Below, piece by piece: positions 1-8,950 of a stretch of DNA of 64,000 nt. The translations under genes were made by a program, and so were the position numbers. Source of the DNA: a virus (taxonomy: Duplodnaviria; Caudoviricetes); the IMG/VR virus record IMGVR_UViG_3300033075_001504, positions 12,001-76,000 of that record; one strand, given 5' to 3'. Every line of letters begins with the position of its first letter. The stretch's first letter is position 1. Under the pieces are notes generated by a model that did not search any database, was not told where the DNA came from, and saw only the letters and a list, made by a program, of their open reading frames with translations.

Positions 1-999
1 GGGCACCACCACGGTGGACTCGGTGGAGGACACCCCGTCGAGCATGAAGACGTGCTGGGCGCCCACCAGCGCGCCCTGGCTGGCCTGGCTGTCGCTGCCG
101 GTGGCGGTGAGGATGGTGGTGGCCACGTAGGAGGGGGTCGAGCCCGAGCGCGAGGGGACCAGGTAGGAGTCGGTCGTCCCGGTACGCAGCACGAAGCCCT
201 TGCCCTGCCCGCCGTCCAGGCCGCCCTGCCACACGCTGGTGGAGTCGGTCCCGCTCACCGCGACGTGCCCAGCAGAGGTGACGCTGGATCCTGAGGCGCC
301 GATGAGCTCGATGTCCTTGACCCCGGCCTCGGCGTCGCCCGTCCCCTGGGCCACCGCGAAGTAGGTCGAGTCCAGCCACACCGCATGGCGCACCACGCCC
401 GAGCGCGCGTAGCCGGTGAAGGGGTTGACCGTGCCTCCCGCGCTCAGAGCCGTCCCGCTGATCTGGAGGGTCTGGTAGAAGCCGGTGTTGACGCTGGCCC
501 CGTCGGTGAGGTTGTCGCCCCAGAGCAGGACGTGGGTCGGGCTGGCGGCCAGCACGGCGTACTGGATGGTGTTCCACGGGCTCGCGGTGAAGTTGGCCGC
601 GTCGTAGGTCCACGGCGTCCCGATCACCGGCGTGGAGGGGTTGGACCAGTCCACCAGCCAGACCCGGGTGAACGGGCCGTAGGTGCCGCTCATGACGTGG
701 GGCACGGAGTAGAAGACGGCGAAGACCCCGTTGGACACCGGGCGGAGCCGGAACTGGTGGTCGCCCGAGACCTGGGAGGCCGCGCCGTAGCCCGACCAGG
801 CCAGCGAGCCCACCTTGGAGCCGGTCTCGGTGTAGAGCGAGAGGCGGTGGGTGAAGGCCTTGGCGTCCCAGGTGCACACCACGAAGGTCGAGGTGGCGCA
901 GGCCACGACCGTGTCCACCGGTCGGTCGCAGTAGTGGGCGTCCACGTCGGTGGGGATCGCGTCCCGGTGCACCAGGGGGAGGCCGAGGATCGCGCTCAT
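1..999 (-). CDS. Minor tail/virion protein, beta-rich (3'-partial, runs off window edge)
   Basis: Not in ORF track. Manual translation from ATG at 999 (ATGA overlap with upstream stop at 996): MSAILGLPLVHRDAIPTDVDAHYCDRPVDTVV..., open for 333 codons to base 1, Ser/Thr/Gly/aromatic-rich. Confidence 0.7.
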   Translation of the reverse strand, partial: MSAILGLPLVHRDAIPTDVDAHYCDRPVDTVVACATSTFVVCTWDAKAFTHRLSLYTETGSKVGSLAWSGYGAASQVSGDHQFRLRPVSNGVFAVFYSVPHVMSGTYGPFTRVWLVDWSNPSTPVIGTPWTYDAANFTASPWNTIQYAVLAASPTHVLLWGDNLTDGASVNTGFYQTLQISGTALSAGGTVNPFTGYARSGVVRHAVWLDSTYFAVAQGTGDAEAGVKDIELIGASGSSVTSAGHVAVSGTDSTSVWQGGLDGGQGKGFVLRTGTTDSYLVPSRSGSTPSYVATTILTATGSDSQASQGALVGAQHVFMLDGVSSTESTVVVP

Positions 1000-1751
1000 A
1001 GGTACACGTTCCCACCTTGGACCAGCCTGGGCGGGGACTGGCGCTGGAGGCTGGAGGGCGCGTTGCCGATGCCTGTGTGCCCGCCCAGGCGGGCCGTGCC
1101 GACCTTGCCCAGGTCGTCGTCGCGCTGGAACAGCCGCAGCGGCGGGGCGACCCCCTCGATGTAGACCGTCAGGCGCAGCGCCCACTGGTAGTAGTACGGT
1201 CCGCCCGGGTTGAAGAGCAGCTCGAGCGGCGTGACGCCCAGGCTGGCATCGACGTGCTGGTTGTAGTGGACGTCGACGGACTCGTTGAGCTGCGCCTCGG
1301 TGGGCATCACCGTCGGGGTGTTGAGCACCATGTAGTAGCGGTAGGGGTAGTTGGCCCCGCCGACGTTGACCATCTCGTGGAAGTCCGGGTCGCCGGAGTA
1401 GGCGATCGCGGAGGTGAAGACCATCGGATCGGGCTGGAAGACAGCATTCAGGTTGTCGAAGAGATGGTTGTAGACAGGCCCGCCGGGGCTGGAGTAGTTC
1501 ACCACGACCTGGGTGGAGATCAGGCTCATGCCCTCGACCCACGACGTGAAGTTCCCCTCGTCGGTGGTGTAGTGGTTGATGTAGAGGACCTCGATCTTCA
1601 GCGCATGTGCGACCTTGCCCGCCCAGTACGGGATCATCGCCGCCTTGAGCCGGAAGTCGGTGATGAAGTTGCCCGCGTCGTCGAAGGCCGTGGTCCCGGC
1701 GTCGTAGTCGTTGATGACGACCGGGGTGTAGAGGCCGGGGTTGAACGTCAC
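996..1751 (-). CDS. Putative minor tail protein (251 aa)
   Basis: C-terminal part of track ORF 996..3833. GTG at 1751 overlaps the stop of 1748..3880 (GTGA); protein-like from TFNPGLYTPVVIND on. Confidence 0.7.
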   Translation of the reverse strand: MTFNPGLYTPVVINDYDAGTTAFDDAGNFITDFRLKAAMIPYWAGKVAHALKIEVLYINHYTTDEGNFTSWVEGMSLISTQVVVNYSSPGGPVYNHLFDNLNAVFQPDPMVFTSAIAYSGDPDFHEMVNVGGANYPYRYYMVLNTPTVMPTEAQLNESVDVHYNQHVDASLGVTPLELLFNPGGPYYYQWALRLTVYIEGVAPPLRLFQRDDDLGKVGTARLGGHTGIGNAPSSLQRQSPPRLVQGGNVYL

Positions 1752-3880
1752 GTCCCGGGCTCCTGGCGGTAGAACCGGCCGAGGAAGTAGACGTTGTCCG
1801 GGTAGTCGGTGTAGACGGCCGCGTAGACGGTGATGGCGCTGACCGGCAGCTTCTGCCCCGGCTTGGCGTTCTTGTTGAAGTTGGGGTTGTTGATGTTGTC
1901 GAAGGACCAGGACGCCTCGTCCACCAGCGAGCCGGTCAGCGGGTTGCTCGCGGAGAAGGAGCCGGGGCTGTAGCCCGCGGGCTGGTCGTTGTTGCCCCAG
2001 CCGATGATGATGCTGGGGTCGGGCGCGAGGAAGTTGCCCGCGGGCCAGGGCTGCCCGTTGGGCTGGGTGGACTCGAAGGCGCCGGGGAAGAACGGGCTGT
2101 GCTGCCCGCCCGACATGGGCATCGCCGAGACGGTGATGTTGGTGTAGTAGAGGCTCAGGTGGAAGCGGGCGGCCAGCGGGGTGCCGTGGATGTCGTAGGC
2201 GTGCATCTCCAGCCTGCGTACGGTGCCCTTCTGGCTGGTGAGCACCGGGAAGATCGCCCACCGCCCGTTGGGCTGGGGAGCCTGGCCCTTCACCCGGACG
2301 TAGTACTGCGGGTAATGCTTGGGCGGGTAGGCCTTGGTGAGGCTGGCCCACGGGTAGGTGTGGCTCACCGCGTTGTGCCGGAACAGCGCCACGCTGGCCT
2401 TGGGCATGAAGCCCGAGCCCGCGGTGTAGTCCCAGGGCGCGATGATGTCCTCGACCAGCACCTGGCGGCGGTTGACCTGGAGCTGCTTGCTCGGGGTGAG
2501 CGGGTCGCGGGTGCGGGCGACGACCTCCTCCAGGGTGAGCAGGTCGCGGTACTTGGTGTCCACCTTGCAGGTGACGCTGCCGTCCTCGGGGTTGCACACC
2601 ACCTCGGCGATGTGGAACGGGATGCCCTGCTCCCCGCTGCCCGCGAAGCCCTTGACCAGGACGGTCATGCCCGCGCTGATCTGCCAGCGGCTCAGGGTGT
2701 CGCTCGGGTCGATCTTGATGACCATGGTGCCCACCCAGCCGGGGTCCAGATCGCGGGCGAGCTGCTTGCGGCTGGTGTTGATCGCCGCGCTCTGGTCGAA
2801 GCCCGAGCCGAAGCGCTGGTAGGTCTCGTAGACCATCCGGCCCTTGTCGAAGGCCACGTTGTCGGTGGCCGGGTAGACGGTGGGCGACCAGGCCAGCGGG
2901 GCGTAGTCGGTGTTGGACCCGTCGTCGCTGATGACCGCGTTGCGCCAGTTCGTGCCGTCCAGGCTCACGCCCTCGCCGTAGTAGACGTTGGCCTTCTGGG
3001 TGGAGTCGTGGGTGAGCTGGGGGAACAGCACGCCGACCTGGCCGTACCAGACCGAGAAGTCCGGCACCCGGAAGCGGTCGCGCACCTCGAGCACGGGCTG
3101 GCGGGCGGGCTCCTTGCGCACGGTCCACTGGTTGCCCGGGGTGACGCCCGAGTCCTCCTGGGTGAACATCACGGCGAGCAGGGACTGGATGAAGCCGGTC
3201 AGGCTGCGGTCCCAGGTGCCGGTGTCGCGGCTGGAGTAGCCGGTGATCTTGGCCCCCACGCTGGCTCCGAGCGGGGTGAACAGGTTGGGCGTGCCCGCGG
3301 GCATGGTCTTGTTCCAGCCCGCCGGGAAGCGCACGATCAGCGGCTTGGTGCGCAGGTTGGGACGGCGCTTGGGGTCGAACTCCTTGACCATCATCGACTC
3401 GTAGGTCAGCGGCCGCGGCGGGAAGGCGGGCTTGGCCAGGTAGCGGTCGAGCTGGAGCAGCGCGCCCTGGCACTGCACCACCAGGCTGCTGCCGTCCTTG
3501 GTCCCCTCCACGTCGTAGGAGGCCACGATGCCCTCCCAGACTGAGACGGGCGTGCCGTAGGCCCGGCTCAGAGCCCCGGTGATGGGGTCCACGATCTCGC
3601 TGCCCGCGACCGCAGGCACCCAGTAGATGTCGACGTTGGCCTCGTCGGACAGCCAGGAGCCCACGTCCGGGCCGGACAGGTCGTCGTAGCCGGTGATCTG
3701 GGGGAAGGTGAGCTGGCACAGCGAGTCGCCGAACGGGTCGGTGAAGGAGTAGTTGTCGATCCTGGTCGGCATCCCCCGGAAGTCGGTCACGTCGGTGGGC
3801 GCTCCCCCGGGCGCGGTCAGCACGATGCGCCACCGGCCCGCGACGGCGGTGGTGTAGTCGAACGACCAGGGCTGGGGCAT
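1748..3880 (-). CDS. Minor tail protein (tail tip/hub-like, 710 aa)
   Basis: Tail-protein composition (VWEGIVASY.., VVQCQGALLQLDRY, DVTDFRG), typical size, position in minor tail cluster. Confidence 0.75.
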   Translation of the reverse strand: MPQPWSFDYTTAVAGRWRIVLTAPGGAPTDVTDFRGMPTRIDNYSFTDPFGDSLCQLTFPQITGYDDLSGPDVGSWLSDEANVDIYWVPAVAGSEIVDPITGALSRAYGTPVSVWEGIVASYDVEGTKDGSSLVVQCQGALLQLDRYLAKPAFPPRPLTYESMMVKEFDPKRRPNLRTKPLIVRFPAGWNKTMPAGTPNLFTPLGASVGAKITGYSSRDTGTWDRSLTGFIQSLLAVMFTQEDSGVTPGNQWTVRKEPARQPVLEVRDRFRVPDFSVWYGQVGVLFPQLTHDSTQKANVYYGEGVSLDGTNWRNAVISDDGSNTDYAPLAWSPTVYPATDNVAFDKGRMVYETYQRFGSGFDQSAAINTSRKQLARDLDPGWVGTMVIKIDPSDTLSRWQISAGMTVLVKGFAGSGEQGIPFHIAEVVCNPEDGSVTCKVDTKYRDLLTLEEVVARTRDPLTPSKQLQVNRRQVLVEDIIAPWDYTAGSGFMPKASVALFRHNAVSHTYPWASLTKAYPPKHYPQYYVRVKGQAPQPNGRWAIFPVLTSQKGTVRRLEMHAYDIHGTPLAARFHLSLYYTNITVSAMPMSGGQHSPFFPGAFESTQPNGQPWPAGNFLAPDPSIIIGWGNNDQPAGYSPGSFSASNPLTGSLVDEASWSFDNINNPNFNKNAKPGQKLPVSAITVYAAVYTDYPDNVYFLGRFYRQEPGT

Positions 3881-3887
3881 CCGTCCC

Positions 3888-5171
3888 TCACATGTGGTAC
3901 TTGTTGAACTTCCAGGTGGCGGCGAGCTGGTTGAAGGTGGCGTTGAGCGCCACCGTCCCCAGGGCCTGGGTGTAGAAGCGCACCTCGAAGACGGTCATGT
4001 GCGCCCCGAGGTTGTCGCTGACGTGGTTCTGGCGGCGGCCCATGAGGAAGTAGCGATGGGTGTGGTTGTCCACCGTCCCGCGCTTGATGTGCCGGTTGCG
4101 CAGGTCCCAGGCCCCGATGTAGCTCGCCGAGCCGTTGAAGATCCCGAAGAACATCTTGGGCCGGGGTGCGAAGTCGCTGCGGGCCAGGACGTGGTTGCCG
4201 TTCTTGACCGCGTCCTTGCCGGTGTGGGTGGCCAGGATGGCGGTCTTGTACTGGTAGAGCATGAGGCTGCGGTAGGACATGCCCTCGCTGATGGTGTGGT
4301 CCAAGCCGTCGGCCAACCCGCCCGGAGTGGGCTTGCCCGCGTCGAGCAGGTAGTGACCGTACGTGCGCGTCGGGTAGTAGTGGATGATCGCGGTGATCAC
4401 CACGGTGAAGGGCTGGGCCAGGTTGCTCCCGTAGTCCATCCACATGTGCTGGACCTCGGTGGCGTCGAAGTGCACGCCCGCCGAGTAGGTGTGGTACTGG
4501 TCGTTGGCCCCGTAGAGCACGGTCTTGATGACCCGCGGGGCGTACTCGGTGGTGGACTTCCACTGCGGCCCGGTCCCGCCGTGCGGCTTCCACAGGCCCA
4601 GGTGGTAGGAGCTGGAGCGCGGCGGGGTGAGGTCCTTGACCGTCCACACGTAGGCGGGCGTCACACCCCCGGGGTAGGGGTTGACCGGGTTCACCACCGG
4701 GTCGGGGTCGGGGATCATCTCGATCCCGCCCGGCCCCACGCTCAGCGCGATGTTGGAGTCAGGTCGCACCCAGTAGTCGGGGACCAGCGGCTTGCCCGCG
4801 ATGATGGCGGGCGTGGTGAAGGTGGGCCGCACGCTCTGGCTCATCCGGATGCCCTCACCGGCGTAGACCGGCATCGGGGAGGGGACGACCTTCAGGCTCC
4901 CGGTGGCCCGCACCCGGAACAGGCCACCGCGCTCGGTGGTGACCTCGCCCGAGCTCTGCCCGGTACCCATCCCGACGGTGCGCTGCGGACCGAGGGTCTG
5001 GGAGAAGTCCAGGTAGACGTAGAACGGGGCGACGAACTCGACGTAGCGGACCCGCTGGGTCGTCAGCGATCCCGTGAAGGTCAGCGTCCCGCTCTTGGAG
5101 GTGCTGACCGAGCGCAGGAGGGATCCTGCGAAGCTCAGGGCGCCGCTGAGGGCCTGGTTGAAGACGGTCAT
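3888..5171 (-). CDS. Minor tail protein with C-terminal lectin/LamG-like domain (427 aa)
   Basis: N-terminus carries two copies of the ALSF[AT]GS repeat of the 47-52 kb fibre; C-terminal beta-sandwich-like segment (FTVVITA..FFGIFNG..VFEVRFYTQAL). Confidence 0.65.
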   Translation of the reverse strand: MTVFNQALSGALSFAGSLLRSVSTSKSGTLTFTGSLTTQRVRYVEFVAPFYVYLDFSQTLGPQRTVGMGTGQSSGEVTTERGGLFRVRATGSLKVVPSPMPVYAGEGIRMSQSVRPTFTTPAIIAGKPLVPDYWVRPDSNIALSVGPGGIEMIPDPDPVVNPVNPYPGGVTPAYVWTVKDLTPPRSSSYHLGLWKPHGGTGPQWKSTTEYAPRVIKTVLYGANDQYHTYSAGVHFDATEVQHMWMDYGSNLAQPFTVVITAIIHYYPTRTYGHYLLDAGKPTPGGLADGLDHTISEGMSYRSLMLYQYKTAILATHTGKDAVKNGNHVLARSDFAPRPKMFFGIFNGSASYIGAWDLRNRHIKRGTVDNHTHRYFLMGRRQNHVSDNLGAHMTVFEVRFYTQALGTVALNATFNQLAATWKFNKYHM

Positions 5172-5173
5172 GG

Positions 5174-5566
5174 CTAGAAGGAGAAGCCGATGATGAGGTC
5201 GTTGGCGGCGAACAGGTAGGCGTCTCCCGCCGCCAGGGTGACCGCGGTGTCGAGGATGCAGTAGGCCAGCAGCGTTCCGCCGACCTCGGTGTCGAACAGC
5301 CCCCAGGCTGTGACTGTGGCGGCCGGGGCGCTGGCGATCCCCCCGGACACGGTGAGCAGGCCCGAGCTCGTCCCTGCTGTGGTGGTGATGGTCCAGGTGT
5401 CCAGGTTGCCGCGGCTGTAGCCGACGGCCTCGGTCCCGCCGCCCGCGCTGGTGGGGTTGGCGGTGAACAGCGCCATCCAGGCCCCGGTGCCGAACGCGTC
5501 GTTGATGCCCAGGAAGTTCTCCAGCATCCGCTGGGCCCCGGCATCGGTGAGGGCGAGGAAGGACAT
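5174..5566 (-). CDS. Small tail structural protein (130 aa), paralogous to next gene
   Basis: ATG at 5566 (TGATG overlap); motif MALFTANPTSAGGGTEAVGYSR..TAWGLFDTEVGGTLLAY typical of actinophage tail-fibre/baseplate proteins. Confidence 0.7.
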   Translation of the reverse strand: MSFLALTDAGAQRMLENFLGINDAFGTGAWMALFTANPTSAGGGTEAVGYSRGNLDTWTITTTAGTSSGLLTVSGGIASAPAATVTAWGLFDTEVGGTLLAYCILDTAVTLAAGDAYLFAANDLIIGFSF

Positions 5567-6006
5567 CAGAGCACCATCGCTTCCGCAGGCCCGGACACGC
5601 CCAGGGCGATGTAGCCGGTGGGCATGGTCGCTGTGTCCCCGGTGGTGACCAGCACCTCGGCGGACAGCTCGCCCCAGCAGATGAGGTTGCCGCTGGTGGG
5701 GTCGTCGCACAGGGCGTAGTGGTTGAGGATCCCCCAGTCCGCGCTGGCCTGGGCCCAGGTCAGGTCGATCGCGGTGGAGGAGGTGCCGTTGGCCCCCTGG
5801 GTCCAGCGCACCGTGCTCATGTCCAGGCTGACCCGCGCGTAGCCCGCGGAGGTGGGCGGCTCGATGGTCTGGAGCACCGTGCCGTCGTAGCCCGCGTCGG
5901 GCTGCTGGACGCACAGCGCCACGTAGACCGTGGTCGGCCTGCTCGCCCACCCGGTGAGGATGTCCACGAACAGGTTGGCCCCGTAGTCGCTGACCCCGGC
6001 CGCCAT
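5566..6006 (-). CDS. Small tail structural protein (146 aa)
   Basis: YVALC..P..GYARV..WG..NHYALCDDPTSGNLICWGEL, same family as 5174..5566. Confidence 0.7.
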   Translation of the reverse strand: MAAGVSDYGANLFVDILTGWASRPTTVYVALCVQQPDAGYDGTVLQTIEPPTSAGYARVSLDMSTVRWTQGANGTSSTAIDLTWAQASADWGILNHYALCDDPTSGNLICWGELSAEVLVTTGDTATMPTGYIALGVSGPAEAMVL

Positions 6007-6449
6007 CAGAACTCCCCAGCGATCGCCAGCGGGCTGCGCGGGACGCTGAGCACCAGCTTGATCTGGTTGGCCGCCACGCGTCCGGTGTTGATCTCGTAGG
6101 CCCAGTCCGCGCGCTGGCAGCGCCAGGTGTGGGTGTGTCCCGCGATGGTCATGGTCATCGTGTACGAGGCCTGCTTGAAAGCGGCCAGGGCGGCCCCGAA
6201 GTTGGCCATGACCGCGGCGTAGTTGGCTCCCGTCACCTCCAGGCCGATGGTCTCGGTGATGTTGGACAGCCTCGCGTTGATCTCGATCTCCCCGTCCATG
6301 TAGGCCGAGGAGTCCAGGTTGCGCGTCCAGCGCCCCTCGCCGCCCAGCACCGGCACGCTGATGGCGTAGTTGATGTGGTCGTTGAGGTCCAGGTCGGGCA
6401 GCGCCAGGCTGGTCCGGGTGACGCTGGCTGCCAGGGTGAAGTCAGGCAT
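6006..6449 (-). CDS. Minor tail protein (distal-tail-like, 147 aa)
   Basis: First gene of the minor tail cluster; beta-rich, size typical of Dit-like proteins. Confidence 0.55.
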   Translation of the reverse strand: MPDFTLAASVTRTSLALPDLDLNDHINYAISVPVLGGEGRWTRNLDSSAYMDGEIEINARLSNITETIGLEVTGANYAAVMANFGAALAAFKQASYTMTMTIAGHTHTWRCQRADWAYEINTGRVAANQIKLVLSVPRSPLAIAGEF

Positions 6450-6564
6450 CGTCGTCCACCGGCTTCCCGCCGCACCAGCTCATGTGCGCCATGACGGTCT
6501 CGGCGCTGTCCTGGCCCAGGGTGTAGCGCTGCCCGCACTTCCCGCACACGATGTCGGTGCTCAT
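6442..6564 (-). CDS. Small Cys-containing protein (40 aa)
   Basis: MSTDIVCGKCGQRY..HMSWC; ATGA overlap at 6561-6564. Confidence 0.55.
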   Translation of the reverse strand: MSTDIVCGKCGQRYTLGQDSAETVMAHMSWCGGKPVDDDA

Positions 6565-6683
6565 CCCACGTCCTCCCTGAAGCAGGAGAGCCAGCCCATG
6601 TGCCCGACCGGCTGGCCGCAGGTGCACTTCCCGGCCCGACGACACCCGTCGGTCCAGAAGGCCCAGGCCGTGTAGACGCTCAC
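6561..6683 (-). CDS. Small Cys-rich protein (40 aa)
   Basis: GTG overlapping upstream stop (GTGA 6680-6683): SVYTAWAFWTDGCRRAGKCTCGQPVGHMGWLSC. Confidence 0.5.
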   Translation of the reverse strand: MSVYTAWAFWTDGCRRAGKCTCGQPVGHMGWLSCFREDVG

Positions 6684-7132
6684 GACGCCCTGCCCTCGAC
6701 GTGGGACTGGAAGGTCTTGGCGAAGTCCTCGGGCCGCACGATGACGGTGTTGTTGGTGACCCGCTCGCTGCGGTCCTCGAAGCCCCAGAGCTTGGCCATC
6801 TGGACGATGATGCGCAGCGCGGTGTCGATCGCCTTGAGGTCGCCCTCCTCGACGTGCGCCCAGGCCTTCTGGAGCAGCACCTCGAGCCGGTACATGGTCA
6901 GGTTGAGCGCCTCGACCCGGTGCGCCTCGTCCACGGCCATCGCGGCCCGCTGGATGTAGGCGGTGACGCTGACCCGCGCCTCCACCTCGTCGGTGAAGCC
7001 CTCCTGGGTGGCGATCTCGGCCCACGGCATCCCCTGGGCGCGCAGCAGCGAGGCGCGGTAGGAGCGGTCGTCGCTCTGGATGAACGGGACGAGCTGGCCG
7101 TCCTCGCGCGGCTCGGCCTTCTTCCTGGGCAT
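6680..7132 (-). CDS. Terminase small subunit-like HTH protein (150 aa)
   Basis: N-terminal HTH (LLRAQGMPWAEIATQEG) and GDLKAIDTALRIIVQMAKLWG, characteristic of actinophage TerS-type proteins. Confidence 0.65.
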   Translation of the reverse strand: MPRKKAEPREDGQLVPFIQSDDRSYRASLLRAQGMPWAEIATQEGFTDEVEARVSVTAYIQRAAMAVDEAHRVEALNLTMYRLEVLLQKAWAHVEEGDLKAIDTALRIIVQMAKLWGFEDRSERVTNNTVIVRPEDFAKTFQSHVEGRAS

Positions 7133-7600
7133 CTAGATCACGTCCTTGAGTCCCGCGGCCAGGCTGTCCTGGAAGTTCTTGAAGGCATGGGCGTTGCCCT
7201 CCTCGATGATGTCGATCACCGTCTCCACCGTCATCAGGCCCGCCTGGATGAGATCTCGCGCGCGCTCGCGCATCTTGGTCGTGGTCCCCGCCCAGACCCC
7301 ATAGTCCTCGGGCTCGGTGAGCGCGTGCAAGGCGCAGATCCGGATGACCGGGCACTCGTAGCAGATCTGCTGTGCGCGCTGCTGGCGGTCCTGGTTCATG
7401 CTCGCACGGGTCTCCTCGTTCTCCCCGAAGAAGACCTCGTCAGCGCCCTCCACGCCCCGGCAGGCGGCCTCTGCGTGCCACGCGGGCATGTACTTCGACC
7501 AGGACGGGGTAATCACATCCTCGTCACTGTCCGGTCGAGGATTCTCAACGATCTCGGTCCGCAGCGCCTCGTTGGCTGAGCGCCAGGACCGGGCGGTCAT
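7133..7600 (-). CDS. whiB: WhiB-family Fe-S transcription factor (155 aa)
   Basis: AACRG..FF..ICYECPVIRIC..GVWAG: four Cys plus G(V/I)WxG; ATG at 7600 (ATGA overlap). Confidence 0.92.
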   Translation of the reverse strand: MTARSWRSANEALRTEIVENPRPDSDEDVITPSWSKYMPAWHAEAACRGVEGADEVFFGENEETRASMNQDRQQRAQQICYECPVIRICALHALTEPEDYGVWAGTTTKMRERARDLIQAGLMTVETVIDIIEEGNAHAFKNFQDSLAAGLKDVI

Positions 7601-8070
7601 TCCTGGTCCGCCAGGACCTCGGCACGGTCCATCACCAGCCTGCCGTAGAGGGCGATGCAGGCGGCGTCGATGAGGTTCTGGTTCTCCTTGCACGCGACGT
7701 GCATGTCCAGGCGGTGGGTGAACAGCCAGTCCTTGACCTCGTCCTTGGTGGCGTTGCCCTTGCCCACCACGTCCTTCTTCCAGGACATGACGTTGACCGT
7801 CCGGCCCCCGACAGCCGACAGGAGAGCCCCCAGCGTCTGGTTGAGCTCTCCGAAGGTTCCGATGTTGCGCGGCCCGGCCATCGGCGGGGCCTCGATGAAG
7901 ACGTCGTCCTCGGGGGCGATGAACTCCTTGGCCTGGGCCACGATGCGATCCAGCTCCAGGGAGCGGACCACCTTGCCCGGGCTCTCGATCTTCTCCGCGT
8001 AGGCGATCTCGTCGCCGTCCAGGCAGACGAGGTAGGCGGAGCGGACGCCGATGTCGATCCCCCAGATCAA
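7597..8070 (-). CDS. ruvC: RuvC-like Holliday junction resolvase
   Basis: GIDIG (D), VFIEAP (E), WKKDVVGKGNATKDEV, NLIDAACIA; TTG start with GGAGG RBS. Confidence 0.88.
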   Translation of the reverse strand: MIWGIDIGVRSAYLVCLDGDEIAYAEKIESPGKVVRSLELDRIVAQAKEFIAPEDDVFIEAPPMAGPRNIGTFGELNQTLGALLSAVGGRTVNVMSWKKDVVGKGNATKDEVKDWLFTHRLDMHVACKENQNLIDAACIALYGRLVMDRAEVLADQE

Positions 8071-8154
8071 GGCGACCCTCCTGGACTCGAAGTCAACAGG
8101 AGGGTAGCGCCTTGATCGTTATGAAGGGGTGGCGGAGCGTTCGGGCGTGTCGTG

Positions 8155-8490
8155 TCAGAGGCTGACGGCCGCGACCTTGACGTTGGTGACTGCCGAGTAG
8201 GTGATGTTCGCGACACCCGGGCTGGTGCCCGGCTGGAGGAAGGTCGAGTCGATCGGGCCGACGAAGGCGTAGGCACCGGCAGCCACAGTGACCGCGAGGT
8301 CGGGCTTGGCCACGCCGTACTCGGTGTTGCCCGGGACGTCGACGGTGACCGTCTTGCTCGAGGCGTCGCCGTTGCGGATGTAGAGGAAGATGCGGTCGCC
8401 CACGCGGATGGTGTCCCCGCCACCGGAGGCCGTGCCCTCGACGAGGGTGAGGCCAGCCTTGGTGATCGACTGGGTGGTCAGAAGCGCCAT
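8155..8490 (-). CDS. Small beta-sandwich virion-type protein (111 aa)
   Basis: Thr/Val/Gly/Ala-rich, LYIRNGDASSKTVTV..ITYSAVTNVKVAA; strong GGAGG RBS. Confidence 0.65.
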   Translation of the reverse strand: MALLTTQSITKAGLTLVEGTASGGGDTIRVGDRIFLYIRNGDASSKTVTVDVPGNTEYGVAKPDLAVTVAAGAYAFVGPIDSTFLQPGTSPGVANITYSAVTNVKVAAVSL

Positions 8491-8555
8491 GGGAATGTCC
8501 TCCTGTGATGTCCTGAGTCCAGGCTAGGTACCTGCGCCACCTTCGTCGCGCCGGG

Positions 8556-8729
8556 CTAGCCCACCCTGGCCGATCCCCAGCGGTAGTGCTCCCGCGGGCC
8601 CTGGTAGTCCTTCTTCCAGTAGTACTCGTTCTCGGGGTACTTCTCCCGGTTGGACTTGGTCTGGGCGTCCTGGGACCGGTCGTAGACCCGATCCGCGATG
8701 GTCTCGATGCGGATGGTGTCGTCAGCCAT
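8556..8729 (-). CDS. Hypothetical protein (57 aa)
   Basis: ATG at 8729 coupled (TGATG) to stop of the gene at 8729..8950. Confidence 0.6.
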   Translation of the reverse strand: MADDTIRIETIADRVYDRSQDAQTKSNREKYPENEYYWKKDYQGPREHYRWGSARVG

Positions 8730-8950
8730 CAGGTGTCCGTGTCGCAGGCGATGGCGGCGTTGGCCCACATCAGCGCCTCCTGAAGCGCCGTGAGCGCGAG
8801 GGCCTAGTGCCGCCCCGCCGGGAGCCGGTCGGCCCAGGCGTGGGCCAGGGCGAGCGCCTCGGCCCGGTTGGCCTCGAACAGCGGCTTGGTGGTCTCGGTG
8901 ACCGGGTGGTAGGACAACCGTCGGTCGATCTCGTCATGGACGGCGTTCAC
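8729..8950 (-). pseudogene. Acb2/Tad1-like helical-hairpin protein interrupted by in-frame TAG at 8804-8806
   Basis: Manual translation MNAVHDEIDRRLSYHPVTETTKPLFEANRAEALALAHAWADRLPAGRH*ALALTALQEALMWANAAIACDTDT; GTGA overlap at start, TGATG overlap at end. Confidence 0.75.

Noticed and set aside
1752-3833. 945-aa protein 996..3833
   Set aside because: First ~690 codons are an off-frame overlap of 1748..3880; real start is GTG 1751
8804-8806. Genome-wide amber recoding
   Set aside because: TAG serves as a normal stop for whiB, the tape measure and the AAA ATPase; no suppressor tRNA seen; only one interrupted gene found
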